The notes beneath the pieces were generated by a model, which had not been told where the DNA came from, made no database searches, and saw only the letters and a list, made by a program, of their open reading frames with translations. A DNA stretch of 32,000 bases from an archaeon (GTDB lineage Archaea > Iainarchaeota > Iainarchaeia > Iainarchaeales > CSSED10-239), in NCBI GenBank assembly GCA_041657425.1, contig JBBABY010000001.1, forward strand, positions 120,001-152,000, in the 5' to 3' direction. Within the stretch, counting starts at the first letter, position 1; every line of letters starts with the position of its first letter. Shown piece after piece: positions 16,601 to 25,088 of the stretch. Made by a program: the position numbers and the translations under genes.

Positions 16601-17147
16601 CATAACTTTCATTTCCAATTTCTTCATCTCTAAGTTCATTTAAATTTTGATTAAGTATTACAAAATCTGTATATATTTCTTCTTCATTAATTTTTTCCAT
16701 CCCATTTTCTTTCAAATATATAGTATAATTCTTTAGAATCTCAATACTTTTCTGAAATGCTTGATCTTCATAACTAAAGATTTTAGAAATATAGAAGAAA
16801 AGATTATTAATGGATTTAATAATTTGCAAATCTTTTTCTCCTGCACAAAATCCGTTAATATTTTGGATCTCGGTTTTTGCTTTATTAAAATAATAAACTG
16901 CTGATGCAATATTATTCTTGTATATTAAAATTTGATTTTTGGTATCTATTGGAATCTCTTCAGACATAACCCATCCCGAAGAGTTGATTTTTTTAAAACA
17001 ATCAGAGATTTTTGAGCAATCATAGATGCTTGTTTCAGAATAATCAGTAGAAGATAAACACAGTTGTTTTTCTCTTGTAGAAATTAAATCAAGGCATCCA
17101 CTAAATAATACTAGTATTAATACGCAAAAAAATATAATCCACTTCAT
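13620..17147 (-). CDS. Giant (1175 aa) surface protein: lipobox-like signal, long coiled-coil-rich ectodomain, C-terminal TM anchor with basic tail
   Basis: N-terminus MKWIIFFCVLILVLFSGCLD has an L-F-S-G-C lipobox-like motif. C-terminus YQLFAIAGVFFVVAISAAIFGKKGRKK. The protein is heptad-like and rich in K/E/N/I throughout. No family recognised. Confidence 0.6.
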   Translation of the reverse strand: MKWIIFFCVLILVLFSGCLDLISTREKQLCLSSTDYSETSIYDCSKISDCFKKINSSGWVMSEEIPIDTKNQILIYKNNIASAVYYFNKAKTEIQNINGFCAGEKDLQIIKSINNLFFYISKIFSYEDQAFQKSIEILKNYTIYLKENGMEKINEEEIYTDFVILNQNLNELRDEEIGNESYVSILKREAQKASELAKEFGFAKSYMSSVNYIDIYAYYKDYIDNPEQELKLPIISKSSNFVFSKLSTFENFRKINTNLSKADNYNLYILFDKHLGANDSLFKKFIELNNKINIDLKIVFERIASLEKNINEDINYLSSDDQDLFLDYKQKYSRNQLKFGFYLAKLKELSATLEDTKLTAENENSILNTKLKYCDIVIKDAKDYNNWYFKVIIENYNLEKNGVAKLEYCQKLKDALSNRNCLSNYSKLISLGYLEDANLNIDFECIDVLNQYNYILEDDTQILLYFTLISENKNVIESIKTFELNFDTQILLLDYEDKIEGYQKYPNYKIIINIDSYLSELNKINKQLLKIWQGRLLETVLKNYEIVYSDNGYVLKIENPGTLTITDFCFSPNDINLAVMNSLDSSLKINKNEICIDILVEGINTFKINYKNQRTISTKVITLSLDQSLLEAIIQNKVIGVVDTLNLGQVVLIDPLNYKLTENQEIEYITQKENKILYYAQILAITNLEQNTNTESNETILVDKFRIKNVYPEEFCGELVITNCQNCVALVKENGNVKNTNAYKEYGKLSINTCFKIQEEKTIEINLIEDLAFVDSEVQDILSRINLLNNCEFSDISTKSKMLLPEIGELLPKNNYTFEEINKIYSLRTKLSVLEKEYKQKLQLIDNINLIISQILELQLTADEEIELNKIEELINTTPIEAYKKIIALENTISARYKTQENIKNTDFKNKIKNLIDLGKNTDTIDSETINKLNALTFSENNQIELVNIEAEINEKIKNKSKETNEYINYFAELDKTNILDAIDEVNWVYADITLADLYAVKYYPIITVDDATRLKKKLSYLDTVSFKENNYDFSKPYSINDYSEALQNTDVVSIDRLKDLNNEINLVINGLAQFKKDATTELNNLNNSKIAKIQENTTKIETIKKDYENKKYLTVITNIKLLNTRTAPVSKINYQLFAIAGVFFVVAISAAIFGKKGRKKLSKEDKKQKILRHY

Positions 17148-17244
17148 AGAGGTATTTTAGATCAAAAGAGCAATATAAAATCATATGCATGATATTTTTG
17201 TAAAAACTAGAAAAAGAGATAAAGAAAAGGTAAGAATACAAAAA

Positions 17245-17595
17245 TTAATATTTTACAATTCCTTGTGCGTTTATTGTTATTACAGTGAACTTAATTTTTT
17301 TTTCCATAAGTAAAGCTAAAACTGCACTGTGTTCTTTTCCACTGCCTGAGTGAATATTTAGATCGATATCCTTAGCGTCAGTAGGCATTTGTTTTTCAAG
17401 ATCTGTCATTATTTCACTAAATCCTTTTCTTGGGTCAATAATTATCCAATTAATTGGTTTAGTACAATTAAATTTATCTTGTGCCCATTCATTTGAGATT
17501 AAATACACCTTGTCATAATCTACATTATCGATTATGTGTGCGACTTGTCCCCAAGTACCTTTTCCTGTACTTAATATTCCTAAAAATGCTTTCAT
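17245..17595 (-). CDS. Small conserved-looking protein, Rossmann-like (CARF-like?) fold suspected, function unknown
   Basis: A beta-strand and Gly-rich loop near the N-terminus (FLGILSTGKGTWGQV) and a later HSGSGKEHSAVLALL element resemble the two signature loops of CARF/Rossmann-like sensor domains. This is pattern-level only. Confidence 0.4.
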   Translation of the reverse strand: MKAFLGILSTGKGTWGQVAHIIDNVDYDKVYLISNEWAQDKFNCTKPINWIIIDPRKGFSEIMTDLEKQMPTDAKDIDLNIHSGSGKEHSAVLALLMEKKIKFTVITINAQGIVKY

Positions 17596-17613
17596 TGTTT
17601 ATCACCGTTTTTT

Positions 17614-17937
17614 TTATATTAAACTAAATTCTTGTTTTGTTTGCGTATATAATGTAATGAATCTTTTACCTTTGTCTGTAAGAAAATAAACTATATTGTC
17701 GTTTACTTTTATTTTTTTCACAAGATCTCTTTGTAATAGAGTATCTAATATATTATATAATATAATATCTTTTTTTATATATATGTCTTTCCCTACTATA
17801 TTTTTGATATTTTGAAGATCTTGGCTATCTTTTTCTAGGATTTCCAAAATTTTAAGATATTCTTTAGCATTTAGCACATCATATAATCTAGGCTCGTCAG
17901 CTAACATTTTTAGCAACACATCTTTATTTTCGCTCAT
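17614..17937 (-). CDS. Winged helix-turn-helix (ArsR/MarR-like) DNA-binding protein
   Basis: YLKILEILEKDSQDLQNIKNIVG...LLQRDLVKKIKVNDNIVYFLTDKGKRF fits the helix-turn-helix plus beta-wing pattern. Confidence 0.55.
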   Translation of the reverse strand: MSENKDVLLKMLADEPRLYDVLNAKEYLKILEILEKDSQDLQNIKNIVGKDIYIKKDIILYNILDTLLQRDLVKKIKVNDNIVYFLTDKGKRFITLYTQTKQEFSLI

Positions 17938-17952
17938 AATATCATCTACACC

Positions 17953-19488
17953 TTAAACATTTTTAATCATATATGGTTCTGATAGTTTATATCCTTGGTT
18001 CTTATAGTACTCTCTAACCCCAATCCCACTAATTATCACAATTTTGGTAAATCCTTCAATTTTAGCTTGTTTTTCTGCTTCTTTAAGTAATTTCTTGCCA
18101 ATTCCTCTGTGCTGTATATTTTTATCATCAAAATGAGTAGTTTGTCCATAAACGTGCAGTTCTCTAATAATCGCGGTTTTTTTATCTATTTGTTTTATGA
18201 AGGGACAAGCAGGAAATCTAAGTCTAATAAATCCTAATAAGTACCCTTCTTTATTCGCAGAAATAAATAATTCTTTACCATCAGACGCCAAATATTCTTC
18301 TTTTTCTATTTTATATCCTTTTATATTTGCTAATTGGCCTTTAGGTTCATTACATCTAATGCAATTACATTTAGTCCCTCTAATCTTAAGTTCATTTTCT
18401 ACATATTGTCTTAGATTACTTTTCTTTATGCCTGCAATAATCTTAGTTGCGGGAATATCTCTTTGTATTCTCATTATTCTAACCCATTTAGGCGTAATTT
18501 CTTTAATGTCTGCAATTAACTTAACGGTTTTATCAAAAGTATATTCTTTGTATTCTCCAGAATAATACATTTTTTCTAACTTGGTTCCGCCGATTACTAA
18601 GCAAGGATATATCTTAATCATATCTGGGCAGAAATCAGGATTGTTAAATATTTTTTTAAAAGAATCTAAGTCTTTTTTGTAATCGCTCCCAGGTAATCCT
18701 AGCATTACATGATATAGCACTTTAAATCCCGCATCCTTTAATTCTTTAGTTGCTCTTATGATTTCTTTAACATCGTGCCCTCTATTTATAAATTTAAGAA
18801 CTTTATTATTAATTATTTGTGCGCCAATTTCTACTCTTGTGCCTCCAAAATTAAGTAATCTTTCAATTGTTTCTTTATCACAAAAATCTGGTCTTGTTTC
18901 AAAAGTTATTCCTACAATTCTGTTTTTAGAAATCATTGCTTTTTTCTTGAGTTTATTTAAATCTTTTTCAGTTTCTTTAGAATTAGTAATTTCTTGTAAG
19001 ACTGATTTAATAAATTCATCTTGATATTTTTTTTCTGTTGCAGGAAATGTTCCTCCCATAACAATTAATTCAATTTTATTAATGGGATGTCCTGTAGCCT
19101 CTAATTGTTTTAATCTATCTTTAATCTGCGCTCGCGGATCAAAATTATTTCTCTTTGCTCTCATACTTGCAGGTTCAAAACCAGTATAGCTTCTAGGAGC
19201 ATTAGCCCAATTAGGGCAATATATACATTTTCCTGGACAATCTCCAGGCCTTGTCATTATTGCGACAATTGTAACTCCTGATTGTGTTCTCCCTGGTTTA
19301 GTTATTAGAAATTCAGGAGGGTTAGTGATTCCAAGAGCAAAAAATATGTCTGAAGTTAATGGCATTTTCTTAAGTGCATATTTTTTAGAAAATTGTATTT
19401 TTTTGACTTCAAATTGTTGTTTAGACATTTTCTGAGTTGCACAGTTTTTAAAAAACTTAGCAATTTTCTTTTTGTATAATTCGTCCAT
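17953..19488 (-). CDS. elp3: Elp3 homolog (radical SAM + GNAT; tRNA U34 carboxymethyl-modification enzyme)
   Basis: Radical-SAM cluster motif CPGKCIYCP (Cx4Cx2C, as in Elp3). TIM-barrel core (GGTFPA, ETRPD). C-terminal GNAT domain (HRGIGKKLLKEAEKQA). The 511-aa size is typical of archaeal Elp3. Confidence 0.85.
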   Translation of the reverse strand: MDELYKKKIAKFFKNCATQKMSKQQFEVKKIQFSKKYALKKMPLTSDIFFALGITNPPEFLITKPGRTQSGVTIVAIMTRPGDCPGKCIYCPNWANAPRSYTGFEPASMRAKRNNFDPRAQIKDRLKQLEATGHPINKIELIVMGGTFPATEKKYQDEFIKSVLQEITNSKETEKDLNKLKKKAMISKNRIVGITFETRPDFCDKETIERLLNFGGTRVEIGAQIINNKVLKFINRGHDVKEIIRATKELKDAGFKVLYHVMLGLPGSDYKKDLDSFKKIFNNPDFCPDMIKIYPCLVIGGTKLEKMYYSGEYKEYTFDKTVKLIADIKEITPKWVRIMRIQRDIPATKIIAGIKKSNLRQYVENELKIRGTKCNCIRCNEPKGQLANIKGYKIEKEEYLASDGKELFISANKEGYLLGFIRLRFPACPFIKQIDKKTAIIRELHVYGQTTHFDDKNIQHRGIGKKLLKEAEKQAKIEGFTKIVIISGIGVREYYKNQGYKLSEPYMIKNV

Positions 19489-19512
19489 AATTAAAATAAT
19501 TTAAAGAAAGAA

Positions 19513-20367
19513 TTATTCAGAGATAATTCTTATAACATTATTAAAGAAATAAACTGGTATTGAATTAAGTGAAAATGTAGGAAAATTATAAAGGTTTGCG
19601 CCATATAATGCACTTAAATCTTTTTGAATATATAATTTTGCATATTCTGTATTTCTTTCAAATAGCACTTTGTTAAAGAAAGTATTTGTTGGCAATAAAT
19701 TGTTCTGCGTTTCCATGTCCGTATAAATATATATCTCGAAGTCTTTATCTCCAATAGATTTAGGCACAAACGAATAATTTACTTCAACAGTTCCGCTTGG
19801 CTGTAATACTACTACTTCGTTTTTTTTTAATTTTCCTGTGATTTTTGAATCAAACCAACTGATTGGCAAATTAGAGGAAACCGTAATTCTTTTTGTAGTT
19901 ATAGATTTATTAATTACTTTTATTTTAATATCTTTCTTTACTCCAAATTTTATGGTTTTATCAAATGGCAAAATAAATGTGGAAATTGCATTATTAGAAA
20001 TATTTACTTTTAGATACGCGTCTTTTGTTTCATTTGTTTTGGTATTCTTTAGAACAACTCTTATTTGTTGATCTCCAATGGTATTTTCTTTTATTCTTGC
20101 AATAGTAAATATGCTTTCTTTTGTAACTTGTGTATTTTCAAAAAAGATATAGTTTGCTCCAATTGCATCAGTAGTAATAACATCATATTCTTCGCCTTCA
20201 TTTAGAAAAAAGCTTATTAAGAAATATTCTCCGGGAGCGACAGTTCCAAGTTCAATTGCACTATTGTCAATTTCGTCAGTCATTATTGGTTCAAGCATTT
20301 GTAGTGCGTGAATCTTTGGTACAATCAGTAAAATTATAAAAATTAAAAATATTTTTTTATTAAACAT
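19513..20367 (-). CDS. Secreted hypothetical protein
   Basis: Sec-type signal MFNKKIFLIFIILLIVPKIHA. Beta-rich sequence. It lies 24 nt upstream of elp3 on the same strand. Confidence 0.5.
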   Translation of the reverse strand: MFNKKIFLIFIILLIVPKIHALQMLEPIMTDEIDNSAIELGTVAPGEYFLISFFLNEGEEYDVITTDAIGANYIFFENTQVTKESIFTIARIKENTIGDQQIRVVLKNTKTNETKDAYLKVNISNNAISTFILPFDKTIKFGVKKDIKIKVINKSITTKRITVSSNLPISWFDSKITGKLKKNEVVVLQPSGTVEVNYSFVPKSIGDKDFEIYIYTDMETQNNLLPTNTFFNKVLFERNTEYAKLYIQKDLSALYGANLYNFPTFSLNSIPVYFFNNVIRIISE

Positions 20368-20497
20368 AAACTATTCCTTTTTTTCTTTTTTAACAACTAT
20401 ATGTTAGTTATATATTATTTTTGTTATATATAATATATACTAAATTATTTATAAACCTAATTAAATTGTTTAGAAAGCTAATTAATACCGAATAATT

Positions 20498-21115
20498 ATG
20501 AATACAAATTTAATAGACTCAAGATTTGCGATGTTAAAGAAACATCACGCACAAACATTACGAGATGCGATGGAGAAAGACCAAGTAGATTCTCCTGTAA
20601 TTCCTTTTCTTTTAGAGGTGGTTAAGATTCCAGACATTTATACCTCGAGTAGTTGTTCAGGAAGATTAATGCTCCTTGGAGGAGATGAAGATGAAAATAA
20701 AAAGTTTTCAGGGTTTGTTAATAGATATCATAGATTAGTCACTTATGACGAAGTAAAAAGAGATGTAGAGAACTTTAATACAGGATATTTGTGGTTAAAA
20801 GTAGAACCCTTCATCTTTCATTTTGCAACTAAGGATTATGCAAAAGCAAAAGAAATACTTGATTTCTGTAGAGAACAAGGGCTTAAAAAAGCAGGGATAA
20901 TCAGTGCAAAAGAGGGAAGATTTACTTGTGAAGTCACTCACACAGTATTTATTTCAACACTTATTAAAATTGACAAAAATCAATTAGTAACTGATGATTA
21001 TTTGAAGATATTAGTAGATATTGCAAATAAGAAATTAGAAATTAATTTTAAAAAGTTAGAAGAATTTGAAAATTCCTTTTTAAAGAAATTCCAAATTAAA
21101 GTTAAAGGCAAATAG
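20498..21115 (+). CDS. taw3: tRNA wyosine-derivative biosynthesis methyltransferase Taw3/TYW3 family
   Basis: The signature DIYTSSSCSGRLML (TYW3 SSCSGR motif) is preceded by VDSPVIPFLLEVV. The 205-aa size fits. Confidence 0.75.
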   Translation: MNTNLIDSRFAMLKKHHAQTLRDAMEKDQVDSPVIPFLLEVVKIPDIYTSSSCSGRLMLLGGDEDENKKFSGFVNRYHRLVTYDEVKRDVENFNTGYLWLKVEPFIFHFATKDYAKAKEILDFCREQGLKKAGIISAKEGRFTCEVTHTVFISTLIKIDKNQLVTDDYLKILVDIANKKLEINFKKLEEFENSFLKKFQIKVKGK

Positions 21116-21118
21116 TAC

Positions 21119-22096
21119 TTATTTTTTCTTCTTTTTTGGTTTATCTGCGATTTGTGCATTCTTAAGATAATTTTGGATTAGTGGCAAATATTCTGCAAAT
21201 TGTTCTTTTTCTGTTTTATTTACCTTAAGACTACCAGAATCTAATTTTTTAGAAACCGATTGTAAAAGATTTGTAACTTCCATAGGAAAGATTATTTTTG
21301 AAGATTGGCCTTCTCCGATTTTTTCAAGTGCTTTAATGTAATAGTAAAGCATTGTTTTATCTGACAATTGGTCTGTGGCGTCTCTAATTGCTACAATTTT
21401 GGCTTTTTCAGATTCTGCATCTTCAAACACCGCAAGTTTTCTTTGAACTGCGGCTTTTTGGCGGTGCATTGATTCTATAATTTCTTCTGGAATTTGAAGG
21501 TCTCTAATTTCAACTGCATTAATTTTAATTCCCCATTCTTTTGCAACGTCTTTTAATGATTCTGTAATTTTTTTGTTAATGGATTCTGTATTTGTAATGA
21601 CATTAGCAAGATCGAATTCTCCAAGTACATCTCTTAATCTGGAGATTACATAAAGTGATGATGCTTTTTTATAATCTTCAACTTTAATAACAGAATTAAT
21701 TACGCTTTCTTTAGCCGAATCTACAGAAAGGTAAAGTATTGCATCAATCGTTACTCTTATATTGTCTTTAGTAATAATTTGTTGAACAGGCACATCAACA
21801 ACTTGTGTTCTTAATGACACAAGTACGTGTTTTTCAATAATCGGTAGCACTATTGTCCAACCAGGACCTCCCACCCTATTTACTTTTCCAAATGTAAAGA
21901 TTACTGCTCTCTCATAATCTTTTAGTTGTAATATTATATTTGAAGCAAATAATAAATATAAAAATGCAGAGCAAATCAGAATTATTAAGATTATATTTTT
22001 TACGCTTTCATTTGTAATTAAAAATAAATTAATAATAATTACTAATGCAAATATAATTATTGCAAAAAACAAGTTTTTAATTTTTTGGTCGTTCAT
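21119..22096 (-). CDS. SPFH/band-7 (stomatin/prohibitin-like) membrane protein
   Basis: N-terminal TM helices followed by YERAVIFTFGKV...GPGWTIVLPIIE...VDVPVQQIITKDNIRVTIDA and EIRDLQIPEEI, which are typical SPFH core motifs. Confidence 0.8.
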   Translation of the reverse strand: MNDQKIKNLFFAIIIFALVIIINLFLITNESVKNIILIILICSAFLYLLFASNIILQLKDYERAVIFTFGKVNRVGGPGWTIVLPIIEKHVLVSLRTQVVDVPVQQIITKDNIRVTIDAILYLSVDSAKESVINSVIKVEDYKKASSLYVISRLRDVLGEFDLANVITNTESINKKITESLKDVAKEWGIKINAVEIRDLQIPEEIIESMHRQKAAVQRKLAVFEDAESEKAKIVAIRDATDQLSDKTMLYYYIKALEKIGEGQSSKIIFPMEVTNLLQSVSKKLDSGSLKVNKTEKEQFAEYLPLIQNYLKNAQIADKPKKKKK

Positions 22097-22230
22097 TTTT
22101 TAGCTCTGTTTACTTTTTATATATTAAGATAATATTTTAAATGCTTTTATATATTTAATCCTATATATATTATATAAATAACATTTATTAATCTTTTACA
22201 ATTAAGTTGTAATTAAGAAAAGGTGCAATT

Positions 22231-23505
22231 TTGACTAAAACTGAAGATAAAAAAAAGGAAGTGCCTTTAATTCACGAGAAAGTATTGCCCGTTCAAGAGC
22301 ATTTACTTATACTTACAGTTGATAGAGATAACGATATTGGAAAACAATTAGGAGTTTCTGGCCCAATTATTGGGTATGATAATAATTTAAAATTAGCAAC
22401 AGATTTAATTCTTAAAGATCCAGAAGAATCAGATGCAAATGCAATTTTTGCAACTCTGAAGAAATATACAGAATTAAAGAAAGATTATGTAGTCGAGATT
22501 GCAACATTAACTGGCCATTCAAAAGAGAATCTATTTTTTGCGGACAAAAACATCGCATTACAACTAAAAGGCGTTTTAGAAGTGTTTCCTGCAAGTGCGT
22601 TTGTTTTAGTTACAGACGGAGCCGAAGATGATCAGGTAGTTCCAATTATTCAAAACTTTGGGCCAATAATTTCTAAAGAAGTTGTAGTTGTAAGACAATC
22701 TCAAGCTCTAGAAAGCGTTTACTATACTGCAAAGAAAGCACTTAAAGATCCTGCATTCTCTAGAATTATTTTTGGAGTGCCTGCGATAATTTTACTTTTA
22801 TTCTTCTTTTTCAAAGTGTATGCGTTTCAAATAATTGCATTAGTTCTAGGAGTTTATTTCTTAATTAAAGGATTTAATTTAGAACCTAAATTGATTAATT
22901 TTATCACAGATATTTTTTCTAGATTTTCAATATCAAGAATTAGTTTTCCGTTCTATATTGCAAGTCTATTTTTCTTAATATATACTATAGTTACTGGTGC
23001 AAACTTATTTTTTGTAAATTCTAATTTTGTATTTTGGCAAAGAAGTATATTTGTATTAAGAGCAGTTTTATTATATTTGGTATTTTGTGTTGCAGCATAT
23101 GTAGTGGGCGGAATAATTGATTTATTTTATTCGAGATCATTATATAAAATTGGAGAGTATATATTTGCACTTGTTGCTACATTTGTATTTTCTGGGTTGT
23201 TAGATATTTCTTTACAATTTGTATTAGGAGATTTGAAATTTCAGACATTTATATATGTGATTTTATTTTCTACATTATTCTTATTTATATTACATAGAAT
23301 TACGAGTGTATTTGATATAACTAAAGATGTTACAGATTTACTGGTGGGGCTTCCCGTAGTTTCAAAGTATGGGGTTTGGTTAGGAGAGATAATTGCTGTA
23401 GATAAAGATAGACAGACTGTCAGTTATAAGAATAGAAACGGCAGAGTAGTAACAGTTTTATCAAAAAAGCACTTCTTTATACAAGACGGACAAGTAATTA
23501 TTTGA
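22231..23505 (+). CDS. Archaeal integral membrane protein, DUF373-like (TTG start)
   Basis: The soluble N-domain LILTVDRDNDIGKQLGVSGPIIGYDNNLKLATDLILKDPEESDANAIFA resembles the DUF373 family signature, followed by about 7 hydrophobic helices. AAGGTG SD lies before the TTG. Confidence 0.6.
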   Translation: MTKTEDKKKEVPLIHEKVLPVQEHLLILTVDRDNDIGKQLGVSGPIIGYDNNLKLATDLILKDPEESDANAIFATLKKYTELKKDYVVEIATLTGHSKENLFFADKNIALQLKGVLEVFPASAFVLVTDGAEDDQVVPIIQNFGPIISKEVVVVRQSQALESVYYTAKKALKDPAFSRIIFGVPAIILLLFFFFKVYAFQIIALVLGVYFLIKGFNLEPKLINFITDIFSRFSISRISFPFYIASLFFLIYTIVTGANLFFVNSNFVFWQRSIFVLRAVLLYLVFCVAAYVVGGIIDLFYSRSLYKIGEYIFALVATFVFSGLLDISLQFVLGDLKFQTFIYVILFSTLFLFILHRITSVFDITKDVTDLLVGLPVVSKYGVWLGEIIAVDKDRQTVSYKNRNGRVVTVLSKKHFFIQDGQVII

Positions 23506-23648
23506 GTTAGTGGTTTATATTCCAAACTTTTTACAAGATTTTAACGCAATTTTTTGAACAGAAAGGTATATATATTAATTGCCTAACAATATAATTGAAT
23601 TAGTAATATTAAAACTAAAAATAATAATAAAAAAGAGGTTTAAATAAC

Positions 23649-23927
23649 ATGTATAAATACGCAATAGCAAGACAACTTGCAACAAAAAAATTAATAACAA
23701 ATAGAGGAGATAATATCGGAAGACTTGTTGATTTAATGGTTAACGAAGTTACTGGAGATGTAGAGGCTTTATTAGTTGAAGTTGATCCATCATCTAAAGT
23801 TGTTAAACAATTAGATATTCAAGGAAACTTAATTGAAGTACCATACAAGAGTGTACTTGCAGTTTCTGATGTTTTCGTAATCGATGAAAAAACATTATTA
23901 ACAAAAGATGAAGGAACTTTTAATTAA
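23649..23927 (+). CDS. PRC-barrel domain protein (92 aa)
   Basis: ARQLATKKLITNRGDNIGRLVDLMVNEVTGDVEALLVEV fits the PRC-barrel pattern. AGAGG SD lies upstream. Confidence 0.7.
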   Translation: MYKYAIARQLATKKLITNRGDNIGRLVDLMVNEVTGDVEALLVEVDPSSKVVKQLDIQGNLIEVPYKSVLAVSDVFVIDEKTLLTKDEGTFN

Positions 23928-23937
23928 AGTTTCTCGC

Positions 23938-23958
23938 TTTTTTTCTTATTCTTTTTTT
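23938..23958 (+). terminator. Two T7 runs, candidate oligo-T terminator
   Basis: cgcTTTTTTTcttattcTTTTTTT lies within 30 nt after the stop at 23927. Confidence 0.4.
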
Positions 23959-23993
23959 GTAATTTAAATTCTTATAATTAGTGTAGTTCTATT

Positions 23994-25088
23994 TCACTCT
24001 TTAATTTCTAAAATATAGCTTCTTGCTTTAGAGTCAATACTTTTGATTCTTAACTCTTTTTGATTTTTTGAGAAATAGTCATTTAGCTTGTTTATGATTT
24101 CTGCAGGAGGAACTTTCTTGTCTTTAGCAATTGTTATTTGCGTGTTTAATTTATCGATAATTGGCATATACTCATATATCTTCTGGCCTTCAATTTCAAG
24201 TATGTGCGCAATTTTAAGATAGTTTTCTTTTGTTTTTAGTTGGCTATCTCTAATTGAAAGTTGCTTATTCCCTTTTGTTGTTTCTTCTTTAGTGTCTAAT
24301 TGCTTAATATTTTCCGAATAGTTATCGGAAATGCCTTTAAAGAATTCAATAATGTTTAATTTACATTCTCCTGTTTTTATAAGTATGATATATCCGCTAT
24401 TATTTTTATTTGCTTTAAGTTCTAATTCTGGAGTTAAAATGTCATATGATTTTTTGATTGTAGAAATAATTTCGTTCTTAGTTTTTATTTCTCCAATATA
24501 TGCAGGAGAAACATTATATTCTTTAACAATATAGCTTATTGTCCCTTTAATATCTAAATCTTTAGTTTCAATAAGTAATTGTTCTTCTGTTGCGTTTTTT
24601 ATATCTTTACTTTGGGGGAATATATATTTTTCATATTTCTTAACTGTTCTATCCTTCCATTCTTCTTTTTGTTTTGCAGTTATAATATTAAATTCAAGAT
24701 CTGTCAAGATTATATTCGAATTACTAAAAAATTCAAATATTAAATAATAAATATCAAGTTTAAAATATACTACTCTATTGTTTTTATCTTGTTTAATTTC
24801 GTGAATTTTTTGATTATAAAGTTTCTTTTTTAAAAATTTAATTAATCCTCCGCATTCAGAGTTTGTTGGATAAATTAATTCTGTTACAAAAAGGATTTGT
24901 GGAGTAACAATTAGTTCTTTAGTTTTAGTTTTGTGTATTTTAAATTTTAAAATATTATTTTCCTCATAATTAACTAATTGTATATTATTAATATATCCAT
25001 TCAAGAATTCATCTTCAAGTTCTTTAACGATATAAAAGAAAGCGGCGCTTGTAACATCTATTTTTTTCATAAACTTACTCTGTATCAA
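23994..25088 (-). CDS. NFACT-N domain protein (Rqc2/NEMF/FbpA family), short form lacking a recognisable NFACT-R
   Basis: The N-terminus (DVTSAAFFYIVKELEDEFLNGYINNIQ...; LIKFLKKKLYNQKIHEIKQDKNNRVVYFKL...FEFFSNSNIILTD) follows the NFACT-N pattern (LRKhL.g.ri..i.Q...dRiv.l.f; El.g.gNiiL). At 364 aa it is shorter than the roughly 650 aa I recall for typical archaeal homologs. Confidence 0.6.
   Translation of the reverse strand: MIQSKFMKKIDVTSAAFFYIVKELEDEFLNGYINNIQLVNYEENNILKFKIHKTKTKELIVTPQILFVTELIYPTNSECGGLIKFLKKKLYNQKIHEIKQDKNNRVVYFKLDIYYLIFEFFSNSNIILTDLEFNIITAKQKEEWKDRTVKKYEKYIFPQSKDIKNATEEQLLIETKDLDIKGTISYIVKEYNVSPAYIGEIKTKNEIISTIKKSYDILTPELELKANKNNSGYIILIKTGECKLNIIEFFKGISDNYSENIKQLDTKEETTKGNKQLSIRDSQLKTKENYLKIAHILEIEGQKIYEYMPIIDKLNTQITIAKDKKVPPAEIINKLNDYFSKNQKELRIKSIDSKARSYILEIKE

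Noticed and set aside
18197-19024. Two plus-strand ORFs (18197..18565, 18758..19024)
   Set aside because: Antisense to the well-supported Elp3 gene, so they are shadow ORFs.
19838-20071. 77-aa plus-strand ORF
   Set aside because: Antisense shadow within the 19513..20367 gene.
22412-22594. 60-aa minus-strand ORF
   Set aside because: Antisense shadow within the DUF373-like gene.
24331-24534. 67-aa plus-strand ORF
   Set aside because: Antisense shadow within the NFACT-N gene.
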